From an uncultured Verrucomicrobiae bacterium (lineage in GTDB: Bacteria; Verrucomicrobiota; Verrucomicrobiia; Limisphaerales; Palsa-1400), in assembly GCA_963702845.1 (NCBI GenBank), contig OY969763.1, forward strand, positions 1,280,001 to 1,344,000: a stretch of 64,000 nt of DNA, written 5' to 3'. The position numbers and the translations under genes were made by a program. Shown one piece after another: positions 1 to 9,942 of the stretch; position 1 is the stretch's first letter; each line of letters starts with the position of its first letter. Below the pieces are notes generated by a model. The model did not search any database. It saw only the letters and a list, made by a program, of their open reading frames with translations, and was not told the origin of the DNA.

Positions 1-168
1 GAAAAACTGCAGGGTGGGGGACATGCGAATGCCTCTGGCGCGACGCTTCCAAAATCCGTTCGCACGATTCCTGATGCCATCGAATATTTGCGCCACGTGC
101 TGAGCCCCGAGGCAAAATCCATTAATAGTTTGGAGAACGCCTTTGCCGCGTTGGAATTGAAGCAATAA
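1..168 (+). CDS. C-terminal end of DHH/DHHA1-family phosphoesterase (partial)
   Basis: Frame 1 reads EKLQGGGHANASGATLP...ELKQ*; GGGHxxAxG is the DHHA1 signature. Confidence 0.75.
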   Translation, partial: EKLQGGGHANASGATLPKSVRTIPDAIEYLRHVLSPEAKSINSLENAFAALELKQ

Positions 169-247
169 CAGGTCGGGCGAACCGCGCGCAACGGAAACGG
201 CATTTCGAACGTGGCCGCAACATGACGCTCCTGACGGAGCTTTGCGT

Positions 248-607
248 TCACTCAACCGCCAACACCTGTTCGAGCAGGTGCGGCAATTGCCCGAGAATGG
301 CACTGCTGCTCGCCACCAGCGCAGCGCCTGCCTGTCGCGCCTTTTCCAACTCGGCCGCTTCCGAGAATGCCAACACCGGGATGTGTTGAGTTTTCGGGTT
401 CGCTTTGATTTTGGAAATTGCGCCACAGATATCCGCCTGCTTCGATACTTCCGCCACAATCAGCATCGGTTTATCGCGATCGGCCGCGGTATCGAGCTCA
501 CCTGGTTGGGTCGTTTGCACGGAATAGCCCAGGTCCAGCAGTCGATTGGCAATCTGACTGCCGGGCAACAGGTTCGAATAACAGACAAGCGCCAACGGTT
601 TGCTCAT
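248..607 (-). CDS. Single-domain receiver-like protein (atypical)
   Basis: CheY-like pattern LGYSV..KPMLIVAEV..KIKANPKTQHIPVLAFS..ARQAGA. Confidence 0.7.
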   Translation of the reverse strand: MSKPLALVCYSNLLPGSQIANRLLDLGYSVQTTQPGELDTAADRDKPMLIVAEVSKQADICGAISKIKANPKTQHIPVLAFSEAAELEKARQAGAALVASSSAILGQLPHLLEQVLAVE

Positions 608-763
608 GGCGCGCTACACTGAAGGACGTGAGAAAAAATTGCAAGAGATGCGCTTGCAATCGTGCAAATTGTAAAAGATGCAAATTGTAAAACGGCATTG
701 ACGATAACAGCGGAGACGGAGCACCCTGCCGCAGCCTAATAGCAATAAGCCGTTCGCAATGGC

Positions 764-3208
764 ATGCGCGTCTGGAGAATCATCATTTGTATAACGCTGG
801 TTACTTTAGGAATCGCAATCGGCGTTGTCCTCCATAGCTGGCTGCTTTCTCGCAAAGCCAGTCCGAAATCCAAAGCTCCCATTACGGCGTTTCTGTTTCA
901 GGATGTCATCACCACAAACGAGCTGGTGGCCGAGTTCCAGAGTTTGCGCGGCGTGCAGCCGCCAGAATTTCGAAATGCTGCGGAAGTTTTGGTGAATCAC
1001 ATCACACCGGACGCTTTGCCGATGGCTGCTCGCATTGCTGTGACACAGTTTTCTGGCTCACAATCGAGCGTGCTGTTGAATTTGATTTTCCCGAAATGGG
1101 TAAACACCGATCCAGATGGGGCGCTTGACTTCGCGAGTCACCAGCCATTCGGCGAGTATCAACTCGGTCACCTTCTTGACGTTTGTGCAGAGCGTGACCC
1201 CAAAATAATCGAGCAATGGGCCAGCACTAATTCCGATTCGAAATTACAGTCGAAAGCCTTACGAAGCGCTGTCCAGGTGATACTTGAGAAAGACCCAGAG
1301 GCAGCCTGGCGCCTGAATGAAAAAAATCCATTGCACCACGACCGCGACTCACTCCGGCAGCACATAGTAATAAGCTGGGGGCGAAAGGATCCTCGTGCGG
1401 CAGTGGAACGCGTAGTCCAACTTACAAATTCTTCGGACGCGCAGATGTTGTTTCATACGGCATTCGGCGCCTGGGTACAATCAGACGGCGCAGCCGCCCT
1501 GAAATGGTTGGATAACGTGCCCGACAAGCGATGGCGTGATGGCGCGATTCAACAAGCCACATCGCTAATCATTCGCGAACCAGAATTGATTGCACCGTTG
1601 GTGGCAACGTTGCCTCACGGGGAAGACCGACAACGATCCATCGCAAACCTCGCCCGCGGTTGGGCTTCAAAGGATATTGATGCCGCTTGGAAATGGGCGC
1701 GCACGCTTCCTCCAGGTGACGCCGAGGTCGCATTGCAAAGTATCGGCAATCAAGCCATCGCTGCAGGTAATATTTCGGTTGCCGCAAAGATAGTTGAGCA
1801 AAATGCCAACGCAACATTCGCGCCACCGTTAGCTGGTTCAGTGGTTGGTCGGCTCGCCCAAACCGATGCCTCCGCTGCGGCTGACTGGATCGCCCACTTT
1901 CCAGCAGGACCGACGCGCAACCAGGCTTTGCCGATTGCTTTGAATGCGACCGCTCGAACAGATCCTGCCAAAGCAACCCATCTGTGTATCGATGACGTGC
2001 CGGTTGTTGACCGTCAATTTACCTTGCCCGCCTATGTTCGGGCCTGGGCTCAATCCGCTCCTAAAGCCGCTGCAGACTTCGTTGTTCACCTGCCGGCAAA
2101 CGGTGAAAGAGTGCAGTTGGTAAGGACTGTAGCAGCCGCGTGGTCGGAATCAGACACGACCGCCGCAGTACAATGGGCGATCTCGTTGCCAGCCTCAGAA
2201 AGGTATTCTGCACAATTGGCATTAGTGGATGCTCTGGCCAAAACCGACCTGTCGGCTGCGGCGCGGCTTCTGGAAGCAACACCATTCACTGGTGCAGTGA
2301 CGAATACCGCGAAGGCGATTTTCTCCGACTGGGCCAAGCAGGACTTCAGTGCTAACTCGCAATGGGCTGAAAAATTGCAGCCAGGGCAGCTACGTGATTG
2401 TGCCTTCTATGCTCTATCAAAGTGGCGTTTGGATTCTGGAGACGTGCCCGCTGCGCAGGCCCTAGCCGATCGCATCCAAAACAAAGAGACCGCTGGTTCA
2501 TTGCGGTTTGAAATTATTCGGAATTGGGTCGATCACGATGCCAGGGCCGCTGCGGAGTGGGTGGGTAAGCTGGGAGTATCCAACTTCAAATACGTTGAGT
2601 TACCCTCGGAGCACCGGGCAATCTTACGGCCTCAGAGTCAGTTTCGAAGTGCCCAAGGCCAGGATTCTCAGGCATACGTTCAACATCCCGATGCTTTGGA
2701 TTTGACGCTGGGCAAATGGGCAAGACAAGAACCTGCGCTCGCGGCTGAATTCGCCGCCACCAAACTTACTTCGTCAGATCAAAAGCGCGGCGAATCTATC
2801 GTGACACGAATTTGGATGCAGACCGATTATAAAGCTGTCACTGCCTGGATTGTGATTCGCACGCCGGTCACCCATCACGAGTTCCTGTTGAAGCAGGTTG
2901 CTTCATGGTTGAGTCACGATAATCCTGCCGCGTTGATGTCATGGGCGGATTCAGTTCCCCCGGATGCGGTGCGGGATAATGTTCTCTACTCCCTTGCGAT
3001 GGAAATGCGGTTTGAAAAAACAAGAACGGCGGGCCAGCTGGTGCTGGAAATTCTCGATGATGAACGCCGCATGACTTGCTTACGCAGTATCGCCAGCCAG
3101 TGGTCGCGCCAATCCCCGAGCGAGTTCAAGAATTGGATGAGAACAAATTCGCTCCCAGCGAGCACGAAATCCGATCTACTTCGAACAGTCGGGAATGCGG
3201 CTCGATAG
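764..3208 (+). CDS. Membrane-anchored alpha-helical repeat protein
   Basis: 814 aa, N-terminal TM, many W..DP.AA..W-type repeats. Confidence 0.75.
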   Translation: MRVWRIIICITLVTLGIAIGVVLHSWLLSRKASPKSKAPITAFLFQDVITTNELVAEFQSLRGVQPPEFRNAAEVLVNHITPDALPMAARIAVTQFSGSQSSVLLNLIFPKWVNTDPDGALDFASHQPFGEYQLGHLLDVCAERDPKIIEQWASTNSDSKLQSKALRSAVQVILEKDPEAAWRLNEKNPLHHDRDSLRQHIVISWGRKDPRAAVERVVQLTNSSDAQMLFHTAFGAWVQSDGAAALKWLDNVPDKRWRDGAIQQATSLIIREPELIAPLVATLPHGEDRQRSIANLARGWASKDIDAAWKWARTLPPGDAEVALQSIGNQAIAAGNISVAAKIVEQNANATFAPPLAGSVVGRLAQTDASAAADWIAHFPAGPTRNQALPIALNATARTDPAKATHLCIDDVPVVDRQFTLPAYVRAWAQSAPKAAADFVVHLPANGERVQLVRTVAAAWSESDTTAAVQWAISLPASERYSAQLALVDALAKTDLSAAARLLEATPFTGAVTNTAKAIFSDWAKQDFSANSQWAEKLQPGQLRDCAFYALSKWRLDSGDVPAAQALADRIQNKETAGSLRFEIIRNWVDHDARAAAEWVGKLGVSNFKYVELPSEHRAILRPQSQFRSAQGQDSQAYVQHPDALDLTLGKWARQEPALAAEFAATKLTSSDQKRGESIVTRIWMQTDYKAVTAWIVIRTPVTHHEFLLKQVASWLSHDNPAALMSWADSVPPDAVRDNVLYSLAMEMRFEKTRTAGQLVLEILDDERRMTCLRSIASQWSRQSPSEFKNWMRTNSLPASTKSDLLRTVGNAAR

Positions 3209-3350
3209 CCAATCAGTCGTTAAAACCAGCGCCAACAGTTTGCTAGTGGCTGTCTCCGCCGAAGGAGGTAACTAGATTTGGCAACGATTAATCCTGACGG
3301 TTGTTGAATGGTTTCGCTTGGCTGGCGCAATAATAACCAAACAGTGGCTA

Positions 3351-3794
3351 TTACTGGCTGATTACCGCTTCCACCAACTGTGCCAACAAAGTCAATGACT
3401 CCTGCCACCCGAGATAACATGCCTCCGTCGGAATCATATCTGGAATGCCTTCCTGGACGACGTTTAGCTCCGTTCCGACCGATACCTTTTTGAAAGTGAT
3501 TGTTACTGTCATCTCGCCCGGCAGGTTCGCGTCGTCGAACTTGTCGGTGTAACGGATCTTTTCGTTTGGCACGAGTTCGAGGTAGGTGCCGCCGAAGGAA
3601 TGGCTTTGGCCGGTGGTGAAATTGGTAAAGGACATCCGGTGGGTTCCGCCGACGTTGGCGTCCATGTGGTGGACCTCGCCGGTAAATCCATTCGGGGGAA
3701 GCCATTTGGCCATGGCATCGGCATCCAAAAAGGCGCGGTAAATTCGTTCGGCGGGTGCGCGGAGAACACAGTGAAGTCGAATGGTGTTTGGCAT
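3351..3794 (-). CDS. SRPBCC/AHSA1-like protein
   Basis: MPNTIRLH..RAPAERIYRAFLD..KWLPP..GTYLELVPNEKIRYTDKF..GWQESL. Confidence 0.9.
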   Translation of the reverse strand: MPNTIRLHCVLRAPAERIYRAFLDADAMAKWLPPNGFTGEVHHMDANVGGTHRMSFTNFTTGQSHSFGGTYLELVPNEKIRYTDKFDDANLPGEMTVTITFKKVSVGTELNVVQEGIPDMIPTEACYLGWQESLTLLAQLVEAVISQ

Positions 3795-3942
3795 GTGGTT
3801 ACATTGCCTTGGTTTTCGATGGGTGAAAAGTCTGCTGTCAGTCATTGCGATTTGACCTGCGTGCCAGCAAGACGACAATCAACGGTTAGGGTTAGCCAGT
3901 TTTGGTTTAGTGGCAGGGCAACGAGGACCGTCCAATTTCGAA

Positions 3943-5481
3943 ATGAATTTACCGAAATTTATCGGCGGCCTGGTGCGTGTCGGACAGATCATAATCGCCA
4001 TTGGGCTGTGCGGCGTCGCGCGAGCGGAAGGCGCGGGATTGGAAGACTTGGCGCGACTCACGCCGGGGCGAACCCGCGCCGAAAATGCTCTGTGGATTGA
4101 GAATGATTTGAGCGCCCGTTTCAATTCATCCAAAAGCGTGGTGGTGGCGAATCTAAAAGGGCCCGCCGTTATCACGATGATTCATTTTGCATTGCCAGCG
4201 GTGCGGACACTCAATCGTGACGTGCTGGTGCGCATGTATTGGGATGGCGAAACTTCGCCGAGCGTGGACGTTCCGCTGGTCGATTTCTTCTGTGATCCGG
4301 CGGGGCTGCGCGATGTGGTGAACACGGAACTGATGAACAAGCGGCGCGGGTTTAATGCTTATTTTCCGATGCCGTTTCGGAAATCGGCCAAAATTGAATT
4401 GGTTTATGACGGAGCGGTCGAGCCGGGCGAGAAACTTTGGAAGATGATGCCGTGCTATAGCTACGTGAATTACCGCACGGCAAAAAACATCCCGTCGGAC
4501 ACCGGCTATTTCCACGCCACTTGGCGGCAGGAAGGTTTGTTAATGGGCAAACGCGATTACCTGGCGCTGGATGCGCATGGGAAGGGCAAATTTGTCGGCT
4601 GGAACGTGACGGTGCGCCGGCCATGGATGGACAGTTATCCGGTCGATGAAAACGAAAAGTTCTTTATCGACGGCGAGACGAACGCGTCGGTGGAGTATCA
4701 GGGGCTGGAAGATTCGTTCGGGTTTAGTTGGGGATTTCCGGAGAGCGATAATTTGTTTCCGTTGACCGGCTATTTCAAATTTATGAAAGGAGCGGCGGCT
4801 TATCGTTTCTTTACGCAGGATGCGATTAGTTTCGAAAAATCATTGCGGGTGATGATCGGGTTTGGCGAAAAAGAGAGTCCGTTTTTCAGACGGGAGTTTT
4901 CCCGCACGGGTTCGACGTTGCAGTTTTCAACCACGGCGTATTGGTATCAAATCGAACCGCACGCGCCCTTGCCAGAGATGCCCGCAGCCACCGAGCGCGA
5001 GCCGGCACCCGAGCAACCATTTTGGCCCGACAAGGAAACCCCGCCGTCAACAGTTGAACTGAAGAAGCGCGGCGTGAAGCTGGAGATGTTATGCGGACGG
5101 GCAGGGGAGGAAGTTGTTTTGGCGGATGACGGTTATGGTGCCACGGTTAAACATGGTTTCGTCTGGAATGGGTGGGGACTTCCAGTCTATCACGCGCGTG
5201 CGGACAAGAAGAAGGTGGAACTGGAGTTGTCCGTGCCGAAGAACGCGGCGGGACTAGTGCGCGTATATGTGATCGCCCCGGACGATTACGACGGCGGTCG
5301 CAAACAAACACTTGGGATTGCTGGTGAGGAGATACCGATGGAGCATTTCCAGGACGGCAAATGGATCGAACGGCGCATTGGCAGCGACCAAACCGCCAGT
5401 GGTAAAGTAAAAATCCGCGCGTCGAATTCACGAAAAGGTGGGAACGCGGTGATTTCAATAGTTGAGTGGGTGCAACGTTGA
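3943..5481 (+). CDS. DUF2961 / GH172-like glycoside hydrolase
   Basis: Signal peptide; GPAVITMIH, MYWDGETSPSVDVPL.DFF, FPMPFRKSAKI, GLEDSFG. Confidence 0.8.
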   Translation: MNLPKFIGGLVRVGQIIIAIGLCGVARAEGAGLEDLARLTPGRTRAENALWIENDLSARFNSSKSVVVANLKGPAVITMIHFALPAVRTLNRDVLVRMYWDGETSPSVDVPLVDFFCDPAGLRDVVNTELMNKRRGFNAYFPMPFRKSAKIELVYDGAVEPGEKLWKMMPCYSYVNYRTAKNIPSDTGYFHATWRQEGLLMGKRDYLALDAHGKGKFVGWNVTVRRPWMDSYPVDENEKFFIDGETNASVEYQGLEDSFGFSWGFPESDNLFPLTGYFKFMKGAAAYRFFTQDAISFEKSLRVMIGFGEKESPFFRREFSRTGSTLQFSTTAYWYQIEPHAPLPEMPAATEREPAPEQPFWPDKETPPSTVELKKRGVKLEMLCGRAGEEVVLADDGYGATVKHGFVWNGWGLPVYHARADKKKVELELSVPKNAAGLVRVYVIAPDDYDGGRKQTLGIAGEEIPMEHFQDGKWIERRIGSDQTASGKVKIRASNSRKGGNAVISIVEWVQR

Positions 5482-5557
5482 CCGGAATTTGGTCCTGCAT
5501 TACACAAGCACTTCTTGCTCGCGCTCGGGTGCGGTTGTGCTAGTATACTATTCAGCT

Positions 5558-5842
5558 ATGAGTTCCTCCTCTGTGGTCCGCCATTGGGTTGCGGGCGTGT
5601 TTATTTTCCTCGCGATCGCGATGGTCGTGCTCGGTCAGACGGTGTTTGCCAGCCGGTTAAAAGATTACGATTACGTGCTTTATTGGGGCGCGTGCATGAT
5701 TATGACCTTGCTTGCGGCGTTCGCGGCGTTGTTCGACATGGCGGTGATCCGACGACAATCCCGCCGTGAGCACCATCAGCTCGTCGAGGAGAGTTTCAAA
5801 AATGTCGATTCCGACTCGTTTTCGGGCGAGTCCGAAGCGTAG
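5558..5842 (+). CDS. Small 2-TM membrane protein
   Basis: Two hydrophobic segments and a charged tail. Confidence 0.65.
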   Translation: MSSSSVVRHWVAGVFIFLAIAMVVLGQTVFASRLKDYDYVLYWGACMIMTLLAAFAALFDMAVIRRQSRREHHQLVEESFKNVDSDSFSGESEA

Positions 5843-5986
5843 TCGCCGATTCGAGTTTGGGCGTGATTTCCGCCATTCAACCGGCTTCTACTTGACACAT
5901 TTCAGAAAGTCTGATTGTAACCCTGACCGCTTCCTCAGTTTTCTTGATTGAACTTTGTCGGGGATTTTGCCATTGTGGCGGCTGCT

Positions 5987-6976
5987 ATGAATCAGGCCCA
6001 AGCCAAGTTGCTAGGACAACTCGGAGACGCGCAACGTAGGGCGTTGATAAGTCTTTTGGCTGACGATGACTCGTCGGTATATCAGGCTGTCCGGCAAAAA
6101 CTGCTTTCTTACGGGCCTGAAGTCGTGGAATGGGTTAAGCCTGAAACTCTTAGCGATAATCCGGTCCTCCGCCGCCGCGCTCTCGAAGTTCAAGATTTCT
6201 TTGGCAAACAAATCGCTGACGAACAATTTCTACGGTTTTGCCAGTCGCAGGGTGAAGAATTCGACATCGAACAGGGTGCTTTACTTCTGGCCCGCACGCA
6301 GTATCCCCGGATCAATCCAGCGGGTTACACCGCTCTGATGGACGATTTTGCGTCCGAACTGCGCGAGCGCCTCGATCTGAACGGTCCGGCTGAATACATC
6401 CTGCACGTGGTCAATGACTACTTGTTTGATGAGCTGAAGTTTGGCGGGAACGAGAAGGATTATTACGATCCAGAGAATAGTTACTTGAACCGTGTCCTGG
6501 ATCGTCGCACCGGTAACCCAATTAGCATTTGTTTGACTTACTTGCTCATCACCAAGCGGTTGCGCCTGCCAATGGCTGGCATCGGTTTACCGGGACATTT
6601 CCTCTGCCGATATCAAAACAGCCGTTACGAGATTTACGTCGACGCTTTTAATAAAGGCAAGTCATTGACCCGGGCAGATTGCATCAAATACTTGATGAAA
6701 ATCCGCCATCGCCTGGACGAAAGCTATCTCGCGCCTGTGACGCCGCGGCGGATTTTGCTGCGCATGTGCGCGAACCTGCACCAGATTTACACGCAAACGA
6801 AGGCAGCCGCAGAAACAGAACGTCTCCAAAAGTATCTGGTCGCCTTGGCGAATAAGAACCTGCAACTGGCTCGCTTCCGCCGGTTAAGGCGCAGGCTGAG
6901 GCAGGTTGCAAACCTGCGATACGGCAGGTTAAGAATCTCGGCTGGATTTCGTCCTCGGGGCAGCCAACGCCACTGA
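5987..6976 (+). CDS. SirB1-family transglutaminase-like protein
   Basis: F.GN..DYYDPENSYLNRVLDRRTGNPISI..GIGLPGHFL..YVDAFN. Confidence 0.9.
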   Translation: MNQAQAKLLGQLGDAQRRALISLLADDDSSVYQAVRQKLLSYGPEVVEWVKPETLSDNPVLRRRALEVQDFFGKQIADEQFLRFCQSQGEEFDIEQGALLLARTQYPRINPAGYTALMDDFASELRERLDLNGPAEYILHVVNDYLFDELKFGGNEKDYYDPENSYLNRVLDRRTGNPISICLTYLLITKRLRLPMAGIGLPGHFLCRYQNSRYEIYVDAFNKGKSLTRADCIKYLMKIRHRLDESYLAPVTPRRILLRMCANLHQIYTQTKAAAETERLQKYLVALANKNLQLARFRRLRRRLRQVANLRYGRLRISAGFRPRGSQRH

Positions 6977-8079
6977 TACCGCGCCACCGCGACGTCTACA
7001 CGCGCTAAAATCCAGTAGGCAAACCGCGCTTTTACCCGTTCCCAAATCGTTCGCGACTTTCGCCACGTCCTCCACTCGATCCGTTTGCAGTACGGCAACT
7101 TCGCGTTGAAAATTTCGCGTCCTTTCGCCGCCAGATCGGGGTTCGGCAAGCGCAAGAGCAGTTCGTAATTAATGTGAAAACTGCGGGCGTCGAGATTAGC
7201 TGAGCCCACGTAAACCAGGTCGTCAATCAGCATCAGTTTCGCGTGCAGGATTTGCGGCTGGTATTCGTAAATTTCCACTCCTGCGGCCAGCAATCGAGTG
7301 TAAAAGCTGCGGGCAGCCATTAGCGAGAGCGGCACATCTGTTTTGGACGGCAGAATTATTTGCACTTTCGCACCGTGTCGGGCCAACCGCGTGAGTGATC
7401 TGCGCAAACGCCATGTCGGCAGGAAATAGGCGCAGATAATTTGGACCTGTTTCGGGTTCTTCAGGTCTACGCGGAGCGATTTTTTTACGGGATTATTGCG
7501 GCCGGGTCCGCTCAGTAGCAATCGGCCCTCGGGCAAGCGAATCATCTTGGATCGTCGCGAGCGCCTGAGCGTTCGGAAGGGCCTGAAGTGGAACTCGGAA
7601 TGGGCAAACAACTCATCGAAGGCCGTCGCTAGTGCATGAGCCAAACGACCTTCAAGGCGAATGCCAATGTCGCACCAACCACAATTGATGCCGTCGCCTT
7701 CGTATTCGTGGCCGACATTGAAGCCACCGACAAAGGCCACTTTTTCGTCGCAGACCACCATTTTGCGATGATCGCGGAAACCGAGGCGATTCAGTTTCAG
7801 CGGGTTAAACAAACGAACGTCACCGCCAGCCGCGCGTAGCGTGTCCCAAAAATCATCCGGCAATGCCATCGAGCCCAGTGCATCGATCATTACGCGGACA
7901 TGCACCTTGCGTTGTGTTGCGTCGATGAAGGCCTGCCGAAACTTTTCCGCTGTGGCGCTTTCGTGGAAGATATACATTTCCATCCGCACCGTTTCGCGCG
8001 CGGCCTCGATGGATGAAAGCATCTGGAGGACGGCTTCGGCACCTGTCTCCAACCATTCAAATTTCGGGTCTTGGGCCAT
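6787..8079 (-). CDS. Cardiolipin synthase-like phospholipase D
   Basis: Two HKD motifs (DHRKMVVCD, LHAKLMLIDD), GSANLD.RSF. Confidence 0.9.
   Translation of the reverse strand: MAQDPKFEWLETGAEAVLQMLSSIEAARETVRMEMYIFHESATAEKFRQAFIDATQRKVHVRVMIDALGSMALPDDFWDTLRAAGGDVRLFNPLKLNRLGFRDHRKMVVCDEKVAFVGGFNVGHEYEGDGINCGWCDIGIRLEGRLAHALATAFDELFAHSEFHFRPFRTLRRSRRSKMIRLPEGRLLLSGPGRNNPVKKSLRVDLKNPKQVQIICAYFLPTWRLRRSLTRLARHGAKVQIILPSKTDVPLSLMAARSFYTRLLAAGVEIYEYQPQILHAKLMLIDDLVYVGSANLDARSFHINYELLLRLPNPDLAAKGREIFNAKLPYCKRIEWRTWRKSRTIWERVKARFAYWILARVDVAVARYQWRWLPRGRNPAEILNLPYRRFATCLSLRLNRRKRASCRFLFAKATRYFWRRSVSAAAFVCV
6857..6930. repeat. REP-like palindromic remnant
   Basis: Hairpin GCAGGTT-gca-AACCTGC (6901-6917), extra AACCTGC at 6857 and GCAGGTT at 6924. 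Confidence 0.5.
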
Positions 8080-8177
8080 CGGGTGACACAAGATGAAACG
8101 GCTGAGGGCGAGATGCAACAGGGTTTGTGCTGATACAAAAATATTGCGCAACGCCGTGCCTCTCTTAAGTTGCACGG

Positions 8178-9092
8178 ATGAAATTTACTCACGCTTTTGT
8201 AATTTTCGGGCTAAGCACGATGTTTGTTCTGGCGGAAAACCCGCCGGCGCAGCAGCCAAAGATTCCGCTGTTGCAAACACAGCCTTCCATTAGCGCTAAC
8301 ACCGCTCCCAGCGAACCTCTCGACAAGAAGAAGACCGGCTATGCGCTCGGGTTAATGCAGGGCAACGACATGAAGCGCCGCGATCTGAACGTTGATTATC
8401 CAAGCATGCTCGAAGGCATGAGCGATGCGCTGAACGATAAAACGCCTAAAATGACGGAGACCGAAGCGCGCGATCTTTTGACCAAATGGCAAATGGAACG
8501 GCGCAATGCGATGATGGAAAAGCGCAAGCAAGAGGACGAAAAACGCAAAGCCGACGCGCCCAAGAATAAAGCCGCCGGTGAAGAATTTCTCGGCAAGAAA
8601 GCTAAAGAACCCGGCGTGGTTAAACTGGACGACGGTTTGGAATACAAGGTGATCAAAGAAGGCACCGGCGCGACGCCGAAACCCGGTGACACCGTCAGCA
8701 CGCTTTACAAAGGAACATTCACAAACGGGAAAGAATTCGACAGCACCGCCAATCGCGGCAATCAGCCGTTTAAGTTTGTTGTCGGCCAGGGACAAGTCAT
8801 TAAAGGTTGGGACGAAGCCGTGCAGAAAATGAAAGTTGGTTCGAAGTTGGAAATTTATGTTCCGTCGGATTTGGCGTACGGCGAAGGCGGTCGCGGCCAG
8901 ATTGGGCCCGCTGAAACATTGGTGTTCGAACTCGAATTGCTCGACGTCACACCGGCACAACAGCCCGCTGCAAACGCGGGCGGTGCCGGTAGCCAGGTCG
9001 TTAGCGGTGAGATCATCAAAGTGCCTTCAGCGGAAGAGTTGAAGAAGGGCGCGAAGATCGAAGTGATTCACCCGGATCAGCAGAAAAAGTAG
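8178..9092 (+). CDS. FKBP-type peptidyl-prolyl isomerase (FkpA/Mip-like)
   Basis: Signal peptide, FKBP_N (GYALG..EGMSDAL), GLEYKVIKEG, EFDST, VIKGWDEA, DLAYG. Confidence 0.95.
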   Translation: MKFTHAFVIFGLSTMFVLAENPPAQQPKIPLLQTQPSISANTAPSEPLDKKKTGYALGLMQGNDMKRRDLNVDYPSMLEGMSDALNDKTPKMTETEARDLLTKWQMERRNAMMEKRKQEDEKRKADAPKNKAAGEEFLGKKAKEPGVVKLDDGLEYKVIKEGTGATPKPGDTVSTLYKGTFTNGKEFDSTANRGNQPFKFVVGQGQVIKGWDEAVQKMKVGSKLEIYVPSDLAYGEGGRGQIGPAETLVFELELLDVTPAQQPAANAGGAGSQVVSGEIIKVPSAEELKKGAKIEVIHPDQQKK

Positions 9093-9146
9093 TTGATTGC
9101 GAGAAAGGGGGTTGACAATGTGGTCACGCGTGACTACATTGAGTTT

Positions 9147-9476
9147 ATGAAAACGAAACAATCGGCGAAATACAAGATTTCGGAGCCGGTATCTCTTGAA
9201 TTGAGAGAGGTCGCGACTATGCCGGAGATTGGGCTGGTTATCCCTCTTCGCGCAGCTAAGGCAAAGCTATCAGCATTGCTGGAACTCGTCGCGTCGGGAC
9301 AAAGAGTGACTATCACCAGCGCTGGGGTACCAAAGGTGGTGCTCTCTCCGGCATCTGCGGACGCCGGGCGCAAGCCTTTCACCGGCATGGGAGATTTTCT
9401 CCTCTCACAGCGTGTGCATGGCGGACCTTCCGCAGAAGAATTGGTTCGTGAAGATCGCGATTCTCGCGGTTGGTGA
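9147..9476 (+). CDS. Phd/YefM-family antitoxin
   Basis: AKAKLSALLELVASGQRVTIT..G.PKVVL; overlaps downstream PIN gene. Confidence 0.8.
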   Translation: MKTKQSAKYKISEPVSLELREVATMPEIGLVIPLRAAKAKLSALLELVASGQRVTITSAGVPKVVLSPASADAGRKPFTGMGDFLLSQRVHGGPSAEELVREDRDSRGW

Positions 9477-9934
9477 TCATGTATCTGGACACCGCGATTA
9501 TCGTAAAACTATTAGTGCGCGAACCGGACAGTGATTGGTTCAACACAGCGCTCCTCGGCCAACATTTCGAAACATCGGAACTGGCTTTGGCCGAGGTGCG
9601 TTCAGCGTTGCTCGCGAAAGAACGTGGCGGCGCAATTAATTCAGTCGAACGCATTCGCGCAAGCGAACGGTTCATTGCGTTGATTGAAGATGAGTTGTTG
9701 CGGGTATTGCCGCTCAATGGCCAAACAGTCGAACGCGCCATCGCGATTCAGCAAGCTTGCCACCCCCGAGTGCCGCTGCGAACTCTTGACGCGCTGCATA
9801 TTGCAACTTGTGATTTGCACCGCAGCGCAACGCTTGCGACGACCGATGGTCGCATGCGCGACGCTTGCCGCCAATTGGCGATCGATATTTTTCCCGCCAA
9901 TGTCGAAGATATCGCGCTGACTCGCAGTCGGTAA
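9470..9934 (+). CDS. vapC: VapC-family PIN toxin
   Basis: YLDTAIIVKL..E, LA.AEVRSAL, LRTLDALHIA, ATTD.RM. Confidence 0.9.
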   Translation: MVIMYLDTAIIVKLLVREPDSDWFNTALLGQHFETSELALAEVRSALLAKERGGAINSVERIRASERFIALIEDELLRVLPLNGQTVERAIAIQQACHPRVPLRTLDALHIATCDLHRSATLATTDGRMRDACRQLAIDIFPANVEDIALTRSR

Positions 9935-9942
9935 TTCGACGG

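Noticed and set aside
219..241. aacatgacgctcctgacggagct REP-like hairpin
   Set aside because: Single copy in the window, so it cannot be supported as a repeat
3205..3300. Possible attC after the 814-aa gene
   Set aside because: No matching core and inverse-core pair or convincing hairpin
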